Shown piece after piece: positions 11,201-20,198 of a stretch of DNA of 64,000 nucleotides. The translations under genes and the position numbers were made by a program. The stretch comes from Mayamaea pseudoterrestris (Eukaryota). The stretch's first letter is position 1, and each line of letters starts with the position of its first letter. The stretch lies in assembly GCA_027923505.1 (NCBI GenBank), contig BROI01000001.1, positions 1,736,001 to 1,800,000 of the forward strand, written 5' to 3'. The notes under the pieces are model-generated. The model was given only the letters and a program-made list of their open reading frames with translations, made no database searches and had not been told where the DNA came from.

Positions 11201-11879
11201 AAATTGCCTACCGCCGTCATTCGCAGGTCGGCTGGAACGCGGTCGCCAAGAGCCAATCGCACAATGTCGCCTGGGACGAGCTCCTCGGATGGAACCTTGA
11301 CTTCCTGGCCGTCGCGCAAGACGACAGCCTCGCTGGAAAGCATGGCTTTGAGGGCACCTGCAGCCTTTTCGGCGGATCCTTCTTGCACAATACCAATGAT
11401 TGTGTTGGCGCTGCGTGGAACGTGTAGAATGAGGTGTAAGCCACAAGACGATTCGCTTTCGGATCTGTACTGTCCATCTTGCCGACACCATCAAAACGCG
11501 ACAAAATAAACTGCACTTACGTAATAACAAACAGAATCAGTGCCAGCTGCAGCCAGTTGCTAATCTTATCTTCCGTCGTAGTGCTCGTCAATGCTCGCAC
11601 CAAGGATACAATGGCGACAAAGACCAAGATTCCAACCAAAACGTTTGCCACTTGCTTCCAAATGCGCTGCAGCAAGGTGACGTGTTCCTTTTCGCTCATT
11701 CTATTGTAGCCATATTCCTGCAGGCGTCGCTTCGCCTCCTCCGTCGATAAGCCAGTGTCAAGGACGCTAGCATCGAGACAAAGTTCCTGGAGGCAAGCGT
11801 CAATGGATAAGGCGTGCCATGGCGTGTTGTTTCTGGATTCTCGAAGTGTTTCACTATTCTTGTCAGAAATAGATGTCAT
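8207..11879 (-). CDS. P2-type cation-transporting P-type ATPase (6 exons: 11879-11521, 11410-9988, 9907-9599, 9523-9092, 8993-8857, 8771-8207; ~1074 aa)
   Basis: [33 protein letters not shown] (across an intron) and TGDGVND motifs. Five GT-AG introns join the exons in frame (3225 nt). Confidence 0.93.
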
Positions 11880-12804
11880 AATGGACAATGATAGTGGAGA
11901 TGAGGAAGGATTAATCTGTATTGTACGCGATGTAAAAGGAAAGAGTTGGATGTACGGATGGAGTAACGAGAGCACCCTTGCTTTATGAAGTGACCTTGCA
12001 AAGAAGTTGTGGATACTGCCGAGATTCGAATTCGAATCGTGAATCGGAACTCCTCAAAAGCGATCGCTCAAAAGCCCTTTTCTTGTTAAATGCTCCGATA
12101 TTCGACCGCTAATGAGTACGTAATGTTGCCGCGCAAAATGCAGGCACTTGCTGCTTGATTAAGCTATCCGCGCACGGGTTCCATAAACGACCATGAGGGC
12201 AACATGGATGAAGCGTCCAACAGATATAAGTGTACACTGGCCGAGCCGTGTGCCAGCAGTTACACGTCATAAGTCGACTGTTGCAAGTTTGCTGATTCGA
12301 GACGTGGCAGCAAGATGCGAGCAATCGACACGTACGTTGGTCAGCTTGATGAATCTTTTATATTCTCTTAAACCGAAGACATATCGTTACGACTGTTCCA
12401 TTATGGCATGCATGATGGCTTGCACGACACGTCGGAAGCGTAAACAGCTAGTGCCCCTCACTCTCAAGCGCGTGGATCTGGAGTGAGTATCGTAGTCCAA
12501 GAATTTGTACAATCATCAATCCCATTTTAGTCCATAACATGTTCAAACTGATTTCTATTGAAACGCTTGTACCGCTAATACATAACAGAATTCCTTTTTG
12601 TATTGCTCCCAGCAGTGAATCGACGACCAAAAGTTCCCGCCGCAACTGCGCGCGACTGATGTGCAAGCGCGACTGACAATCCTATTCTTTGATCGCACCG
12701 GTTCTCGTACAGTCGCATTGCGATGGAGGTTTTCATCGCATCATCGCACTCGCGACCATGATGGCATTACAGCAGCCGCAGCAACTAGACAACTCTAAAC
12801 GGGC

Positions 12805-14170
12805 ATGATACGAGCTTCCAATACCGAGCATGCTCGTCTACTGCAAGCAGCAGCCGATGGAGATTTGACGTTGCTAAAGAGCGTTTCAAAATCATTGCTC
12901 CACCAAGCGCGTTGCACCTCGGGGTGCTCGGTGCTGCACTACGCGGCTGGAAACAATCATTTCAAAATAATTGACTACTTAATCTGTGAGCAAGAGTTTG
13001 ACGTGGATATCATCGCCACTGGTCGCAAGGCGTTTGGTCGGACGCCGCTGCACTACGCCTGCCGCAATGGACACTTACGAGCGGTGAAACGATTGGTGAC
13101 GACTCACCATGCAGACGTTGATGCGTACGCCAAGCACAAGGTTTCGCCACTTCAACTCGCCGTGTGGAGAAATCATTTGAGTGTATGCAAATACTTGGTG
13201 GACGATTGCAACGTTGATCCGCTGCAGAAGAACGAATTTGACTGCGGTTTAATCCATTGGCTCGCCAGTGCACCAGTTGAACGTGCCGGATGCGACGGAG
13301 CAAACTTGATCGACACGGCGCGCTGGCTTGCTCGTGTTCCTGGCATAAACTTTGCGCTTCGACAAAAGCAAGGTCATTCTGCCTTGCACAAGGCGGGCCT
13401 GGCTTGGTCACTTGCAGTTTTGCAAGTACTTGCACAATGAGCAGCACCTTTGGGACGACGTGCCTGACTGTGCCGGCAACTTTGCCGCCGACTTGGCGAC
13501 CATGGCCAACACGCCGCAACACGCTCAAGTCGCCAAATATTTACGAATGCACTGCTCCAAGCAGCGCGTCGAGTCGTGTCGCATACTGGGACTATCGTTG
13601 GAGAGCGCGGGTGACAAGGTTGCTTTGCAAAAGGCGTTTCGTAAGGCGGCCAAGCAGTGTCATCCTGATCGGCGGCGCGCCTTGGTGGAACAAGACGGCA
13701 GCATTGAACGAAATGGACCCTCGTCTGATGAGTTTCATCTGGTTGCCAAGGCTTACCGTCACTTGGCGAACGAAAATGGCAACGGGACTCAGGCAAATCC
13801 GGCCCATTCGCTAAAGCTCATGCTGCTGCATGTCAGCGGCAAAGATGATGCACAATACGAAAAGCACTTACAGCAGCACGACGACACTTGTTTCAAAACT
13901 CGTCTGATCGCTGTCTTGATGGAATACGGAACGCAGGGTCTAGACTTGTCAAACGTCAAGAAAAAGTGGAAGCAGGTGTGGCCCGATACTTGCTTTCCGA
14001 AACCTTTGAATGGCAAGCCCATGGCCTTGTCGGCGTATATACTGAAGCATGCGGGAGATGTTGTGGCGCTGAGAACCGATGACAAGGGCTGTTTGCGGGT
14101 GCATGCCAAGATGATCCACCAGAGGCTCCTTCTTGAGCAAGGGGACGAGGAGCAGGCCGTACAAATATAG
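12805..14170 (+). CDS. Ankyrin-repeat + J-domain protein with possible C-terminal LOTUS/OST-HTH-like domain; interrupted by a 1-nt frameshift at 13395-13397
   Basis: Ankyrin motifs GCSVLHYAA, GRTPLHYAC, SPLQLAV and HSALHKA; J-domain CRILGL...LQKAFRKAAKQCHPD...EFHLVAKAYRHL. Removing one G from GCGGGCC gives HKAAWLGHL and a single 454-aa ORF. Confidence 0.8.
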
Positions 14171-14301
14171 TCGAGCGACAACATGGTCTAATGCTCGTAG
14201 CACGCAAACTATCATAAAAAAACTTTTGTATTCTATTACTCATAGTTGCAATGGTCTGAACGTCACAATGTCATGTTTGTTGCAGAACGCCATATGTGGC
14301 C

Positions 14302-15477
14302 CTACTCCATCACGTCACAATATTCCTTCCTCCATTCGTTCAACAGATCAATGTTAACGCCACTACCTCCACAAACTTCAATCACAATGGGTCCTTGCTT
14401 GTTTTCGAGCGAATCCATCAACTTTGTGCGCAGTCGCTTGGAGTACACGACTGCCAGCGCGGCGCCGCACGCTGGCTCGACGAGCAGTCGATGATCCTTG
14501 GCAAACCGCAGGCAGGCGTCGATTGCTTCCGCGTCGGTGCAAACGGCCGACTGCACCGCGCCTCCCACTTGTTGCTGATAGTGTGCGGAACGCTCCAGCG
14601 CGGCGGGCGTCACCTCCAATGCTCCCAGTGAGGTGGCGACGGTATTGATCGCGTCTAGTCGAACCGGTTTGCCACGCTCGAGCGCTTGCGCGAACGAGTT
14701 GGCGCCCATCGTTTCGCAAGCAACCACCGTGGTCGCCAAACGGTGACGCTCCAATCCCTCTAGTACGCCACACAATAAGCCGCCACCGCCCACGCTCAAC
14801 AAAATTGCCGCGGGCGGAACGTCATGCAAGTCTTCGACGAGTTCATCGACGACACTGGAGTGACCGGTCCAAAGTAGCGCATGGTCGTAGGGACTCACAT
14901 ACGCAGCTGCTGCAGAGTCGTTGCCTTCGTTCGCTTCCGCCACCAACCGTCGCGCTTCCAAGTCGGCCTCGTTCCAGTGGATTCCATGTACTGTCACGAG
15001 CGCGCCCAGCGATTGCAGCTTGTGAATGACCATGTTCTTGGTTGTTTGCGGCACAATCACGTGCACTTGCATTTGCAAAACGTTCGCTACCGTCGCCACG
15101 GCGAGACCGGCGTTGCCGCCGCTGCTGCTGACTAATTGTTGTATCGATTGAGTTTGCAAGTGGGTGCACAGACGCGCCATGCCCCGATCCTTGAAGGATC
15201 CAGACGGTTGGATCATGTCGAGTTTGCAGTAGACGGGTCGCGCGGCGAGTTGGGAAAGTGGCTGGGAGTAAATGAGCGGCGTGTGCAAGTAGAGTTGTTG
15301 CTGCTTGGAGTCATCGGCATTATTGAATGCTGAACCGGCGGCGGCGAAACTCATGGAGACTTTTGACGGCGCTGTCGACAATTGCAGATTGCGAAAGGAA
15401 TGTGCTGTGTGAATGCGCACTAGCAAAATGACAATGAATGCAAATAATGTTGGTCGTACGTTTGGCAGACGCATCAT
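14302..15477 (-). CDS. PLP-dependent L-serine/L-threonine dehydratase (SDS/CHA1-like) with signal-peptide-like N-terminus
   Basis: QPSGSFKDRG (PLP lysine), SSSGGNAG, SVGGGGL, VEPACGA, VCGG. Start assigned to MMRLPN at 15477. Confidence 0.9.
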   Translation of the reverse strand: MMRLPNVRPTLFAFIVILLVRIHTAHSFRNLQLSTAPSKVSMSFAAAGSAFNNADDSKQQQLYLHTPLIYSQPLSQLAARPVYCKLDMIQPSGSFKDRGMARLCTHLQTQSIQQLVSSSGGNAGLAVATVANVLQMQVHVIVPQTTKNMVIHKLQSLGALVTVHGIHWNEADLEARRLVAEANEGNDSAAAAYVSPYDHALLWTGHSSVVDELVEDLHDVPPAAILLSVGGGGLLCGVLEGLERHRLATTVVACETMGANSFAQALERGKPVRLDAINTVATSLGALEVTPAALERSAHYQQQVGGAVQSAVCTDAEAIDACLRFAKDHRLLVEPACGAALAVVYSKRLRTKLMDSLENKQGPIVIEVCGGSGVNIDLLNEWRKEYCDVME

Positions 15478-15738
15478 CGTTGGAATGCAATGGCTTTTGC
15501 AGCGCAGTCTTGCGTCGATCATGTTGCTAAGTATAAAACGTGTGCAGTACCGCTCCGACTGTCGTACGAGTAATGCAATCACCGCATTGGAGGACCGCAA
15601 AAAATGCGCGTCCTGACCCTTGCCACTCGCAGCATTTTCGTTTCAGGATTCCAAAGTTATATTACTCGCGTCAGTAGATCAAAGACTCGAGTCTGTCATA
15701 TTATAGCTAGTCGAACTACAAATAGCAGCAGGATCATC

Positions 15739-18732
15739 ATGTCAGCTTCAGCTGCGACGCCATTAACTGTAAACGATGAATTCGCGTATCGAGACGACGA
15801 CGATTCCTTTTTGAACGGCGTCGACTTGGACGCAGTAATGGCTCCCTACGAGACGCCAAAGGAAAGCAAGAGTCAACATCATGGCGCCATGGAGGAACAA
15901 CTGCCAAGTAAGCGCGCCAAGCTGTCGCCGTCGACCGTCGCTTTGCATCAAAACCCAAAGATTATGAATGCCAATGCATCAGCAACCGAAGCCAGTTTAC
16001 TAAAGACGCTCCACAAACACTTTGGTCATTCGGCGTTTCGTCCCGGACAGTTGCAAGTCATCAACGCCATACTGAGTGGTCGTGACGTTGCCGTCTTTTG
16101 GCCCACGGGCCAAGGCAAGAGCTTGCTCTACCAAGTGCCGGCGCTGCTCGGTGACAATAAACTGGTGATTGTGATTAGTCCATTAATTTCCCTCATGCAG
16201 GATCAAGTGCACAAACTGAATTATGGAACAACATCCAATAATACAGCGAGAGAACCGATTGCTACATTCTTGGGATCGGCGCAGACGGATTGCACGGCCG
16301 AGTCGCAAGTCTTTCAGCCGCACAGCTCCGTTCGCGTCGTTTACGTGACACCCGAAAAGTTGGCGCAGTTTGGATTCTTGGCCAAACTGGCAAGCGTGGC
16401 GAGTCGATTGGTGTGCATTGCCGTGGACGAGGCGCACTGCGTCAGCAGCTGGGGCCACGACTTTCGCAGCTCGTACCAACAAATTGGGAAACTGCTGCGT
16501 GGCAATGGCAGTAGTAGTATGTCGTTGCTACGAAAGGTTCCAATATTGGCGCTCACGGCCACGGCGACACCACGAGTGCAGGAGGATTTGTTCTCGAGCT
16601 TGCGTTTGCGACGAGACTGTTTCGTGCACAAGCAGTCGCTCGATCGAAGCAATTTGGTGTTGAAGGTGCGATCACGAATGGGAGGTATACCGACCGCCAT
16701 GAGGGATTTAGTCCATGAACTAAAACATGACCAAACGTCTCGGACAGCCCATAAAAGTACCATTGTGTATGCCGCGACGCGCAAGGAGGTGGAGGATGTT
16801 GCCGCGTTTCTGCAGCAGCTACTTGACGAAAGTAATGATGAAGGCAGCAGTAGCAAAACTAATTCATTCAGCAGCAGCGGCAATGGCGCGCCACTCGTTG
16901 CTGCCTATCACGCTGGCTTGTCGAACGACGTGCGACAGGAGGCTCATATCAACTTTTTGACGGGTCAAACGCCCGTCATTGTCAGTACGGTTGCCTTTGG
17001 CATGGGCATTGACAAGCCCGATACTCGTCGCGTGATTCACTACGGTCCTCCAAAGACGCTCGAAGACTACTATCAGCAGATTGGGCGTGCCGGTCGTGAC
17101 GGATTGACGGCCGAGTGCGTCATGTACAGCAATCCTGCCGACTACGACAAGTACAAGAGTGACTTTTATTTAGGCAATTTGAATGCGCAAGCCAAGGAGG
17201 CGACGACGGCAAGCATTGAGGCGCTCCGGTCGTACAGTCTCAGCGCAGATTCGTGTCGTCGAAAGGCACTGTTGACATACTTTGAGGAAGCGTCGCCCTT
17301 TGGGAATCGCTGTGGCACCTGCGACGTGTGCCGCAACGTCATGGAGCATGGCGAGGATGCGCAACGTGACTTTGCCAAGTCGGGAGCTTATACAGTCCTT
17401 ACTGCGATTGATGCGCTCAAGGGACAAGGTACTACGCAGATTTTAAAGGTCGTTACGGGCGGTGTCGTGGAGGAATATCGATACGCGAGCAAGAATCCTG
17501 TTGCTGTGCAGCAAGCGATTGAAAAGTCAAAGAGCGAGAGCCCAAAGAAGTTCACGCAGGACTACTACAAGGAGCTCATAATGCTCATGACCCAGAAAGG
17601 ATTCTTGTCGGAATCAAGCGTTTCGGCGACAGTATCTGGGTTTGCGAGAAGCTGGACGGTCTACTCGTTGACCGAGCAAGGCCGGTCGGCTCTTGTCGCT
17701 GGTGGACCTGTCGTACTCCCAGTACCTACATCAGTGCGCGAGCATGAGCGCAAGGAGGAAGAAAAGCGACAACTAGTGTTGGCCAAACTGGAAGCCAATG
17801 GCATTTCACGCGAAAAGCTACCAGCTGCGGAAATACTTGCTGGTGACGGTGAAGTCATTCGGTCGTACACCAAGTGGCAAAACTACTTGGAGATGCTGCG
17901 GAACTCGGGCAAGGAGGAACGCATGGCGCGCATGGAATCGTTACTTAAAGCTATCGAAACGTGGAGGTCAACGGTGGCTGTCGAATGTCGCCTGGCTCCA
18001 GCGTCCGTCATGGCCGAGCACCTTATGGTTTCGATTGCTTACACGCAGGCAACCTTGCCGGCGGGTGTCAAGGTCGACCAAGACTCTTTGCATGCTGCCG
18101 GTGTCCGGGCACGAAGTACGGATGTGCTGGTCGAATCGCTGAGCAAGTGGGTCGATTTGAATCAACCACGGTCAGAGATGCCAGTCAAGTCGGCGCAATC
18201 CATGCTGCTGGATTCCAATGGCGTGCAACCCACCAAAAAGTGGTCTTTTGCCATCTACAAGCCCAACAAGAAGACTGGCATGGCTGTTTGGGAGTCATCC
18301 TACAATAGATTTGCCAATGGTGAGAGTCCGCAGGCGATTGCCATGTCACAGCTGGACGGAAAGCAACCCATTCAAGCCGCGACGGTGGTCGGTCACATTT
18401 TGGATGCCTTTGCACACGGCAAAAAGGTGGAGATGCACCGTCTCACTCAATTTGTAGCACCGCCCAACCAGGAAGAATGGAATCAGCTGCAAGCAGCCGA
18501 AGCTTCCATGGGCATGAATGTATCTGGAGATCCGGCCACGTCTGGACGCAACGGCGACAAGTTTCTCATGACGGACTTGCTGCGGCCCATTGTCGGAGAA
18601 GCTCTCGTGGATACACCATTCAAGGAACGATCACAAGCTGACAGTGCCTTGCTTTCCGCATGGTACGATAAGCTCAAATGGTACATGGCCTTTCGTCGTG
18701 TCGAAAATGAACCTACATTCGAGTCGTCGTAA
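15739..18732 (+). CDS. RecQ-family ATP-dependent DNA helicase (WRN-like, no exonuclease domain seen)
   Basis: FRPGQ, PTGQGKS, VDEAHCVSSWGHDFR, TATAT, AFGMGIDKPD, YYQQIGRAGRDG; Zn-binding CRR...CGTCDVC; HRDC-like C-terminal region. Start is 15739 (MSASAA) or 15604. Confidence 0.95.
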   Translation: MSASAATPLTVNDEFAYRDDDDSFLNGVDLDAVMAPYETPKESKSQHHGAMEEQLPSKRAKLSPSTVALHQNPKIMNANASATEASLLKTLHKHFGHSAFRPGQLQVINAILSGRDVAVFWPTGQGKSLLYQVPALLGDNKLVIVISPLISLMQDQVHKLNYGTTSNNTAREPIATFLGSAQTDCTAESQVFQPHSSVRVVYVTPEKLAQFGFLAKLASVASRLVCIAVDEAHCVSSWGHDFRSSYQQIGKLLRGNGSSSMSLLRKVPILALTATATPRVQEDLFSSLRLRRDCFVHKQSLDRSNLVLKVRSRMGGIPTAMRDLVHELKHDQTSRTAHKSTIVYAATRKEVEDVAAFLQQLLDESNDEGSSSKTNSFSSSGNGAPLVAAYHAGLSNDVRQEAHINFLTGQTPVIVSTVAFGMGIDKPDTRRVIHYGPPKTLEDYYQQIGRAGRDGLTAECVMYSNPADYDKYKSDFYLGNLNAQAKEATTASIEALRSYSLSADSCRRKALLTYFEEASPFGNRCGTCDVCRNVMEHGEDAQRDFAKSGAYTVLTAIDALKGQGTTQILKVVTGGVVEEYRYASKNPVAVQQAIEKSKSESPKKFTQDYYKELIMLMTQKGFLSESSVSATVSGFARSWTVYSLTEQGRSALVAGGPVVLPVPTSVREHERKEEEKRQLVLAKLEANGISREKLPAAEILAGDGEVIRSYTKWQNYLEMLRNSGKEERMARMESLLKAIETWRSTVAVECRLAPASVMAEHLMVSIAYTQATLPAGVKVDQDSLHAAGVRARSTDVLVESLSKWVDLNQPRSEMPVKSAQSMLLDSNGVQPTKKWSFAIYKPNKKTGMAVWESSYNRFANGESPQAIAMSQLDGKQPIQAATVVGHILDAFAHGKKVEMHRLTQFVAPPNQEEWNQLQAAEASMGMNVSGDPATSGRNGDKFLMTDLLRPIVGEALVDTPFKERSQADSALLSAWYDKLKWYMAFRRVENEPTFESS

Positions 18733-18836
18733 ATGTATTGCGACAAATCGATCTTTATTACAAGTTTATGTATTTACTACATTGTGTATTTACATTTCAT
18801 TAATATAGAATCATCATGCTACAATCACATTATATA

Positions 18837-19733
18837 TTATCGTACAAGAATAACGACAAGCCCCATTATAAACGTCGCAGCAAACGAAACAATGCTGGTC
18901 GGCCGCGCACTCGATGATTGCGCGGCATTCACCGTCCTTGCTTCTGGACTAATGGTTGGAAATTTGCTAAGAGCCACTGCAATCGATTAAAAAAGGGCGT
19001 TAGAAAATGAAAGAATAGCGACACAAGTCATCCATTCAACAATATTAGCTGCAAACTCACCAATGGTGGAAATGCCAAGGGTTGGCGTTTCTGTTGCATC
19101 AGTGCCAGTCGGAGCTGGAACCTTGGTGTTTGTCTTCTTGTTTGGTTTGGTCGTCGGAGTTTCCGTGTCATCCATTTGCGCCGGCGTGGGCGCATCGTCA
19201 TCCAGAAATAAAATGGTGGGAGGCAGCGTTGCTGGACGTTTTGTGGTTGGCGATTTCGTTGGCGTAAATGTTGGCTCTAGCGTTGGCTCCTGCGTCGGCT
19301 CTAGCGTCACGGCGGAAACGGTTGGTTCACTCGTCGTGGGAGCCTTGCTCGTGGGCGGGTCGGTGACGGGTTGGCGTGTCGTTGGCAAATCGCTGGGGCG
19401 AGGTGTTGGTTTTCGCGTCGGTTCCGGTGTTGCGACTGGTGCAGGAACAGCAGCAGCTATCGTCGGCTGAGCAGTGACTGTTACAAAATCGTCATCATCA
19501 TCATTTATTATATATGTTGGAGCAATGGTTGGTTCAGTAGTGAATATAATATAGGTTGGCTCATTCGTCATGTCGTTCATTTGCATTTGAAGTTGCCGGT
19601 GGTGTCGGCGGCGTTCCATGACTCGCCTGAATGATGCTGTCGCACCTCGAGGCGCGGCGCTTGCGCATTTTATAGTCGATAGTATGATTGGTAGCGACCA
19701 TGACAAGAGAAGCATTCTCGACCTTGACGCCAT
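18837..19733 (-). CDS. Secreted, probably GPI-anchored Pro/Thr-rich cell-surface protein (exons 19733-19061, 18976-18837; ~270 aa)
   Basis: Signal peptide ending CASA, then RRHHRQL and PT-rich repeats. Intron GTGAGT(19060)...TTGCAG(18977) leads to C-terminus AAQSSSARPTSIVSFAATFIMGLVVILVR*. Confidence 0.75.
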
Positions 19734-20198
19734 GATGGAAGCAAATATCTGACAGTCTTGGCGCAAATCGAAAATGGTTCATCCATCGAACCAACGAGTG
19801 TTTCGCCAAGCGCGTGGCTGTCACGGAATTTCAAAACGTGAATGTTAGCGCGCTCGACACAAATCGCGCCAGCAGCACTTAAATCGCGCCAGCCGAGACA
19901 TTCAAGCGCAGGCGCCAAGTACCATGCATACGTCATTGCCATCCGACGACGATGTCGACGACAATGGCGGCCATCAAACCATCGAATGAATGCCGGAGTC
20001 TTTAAAATCGACGCGACAAGGCAAATTCAATCTATTTGGCAAGGATTATACAAGTAACAATTACGTTGACTGCATTTACGACCGCAAAATTTCACGAGCG
20101 GTGCCTAGCTTAACAAGAGATTGCAATTGTCGCTTGCACTCGCCTCATTCATTCTTGTTTATAGAAACGGATCATAAAAACTCCGACGACATCATCAT

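Noticed and set aside
10373..11509. 378-aa + strand ORF
   Set aside because: It is the exact antisense of ATPase exon 2.
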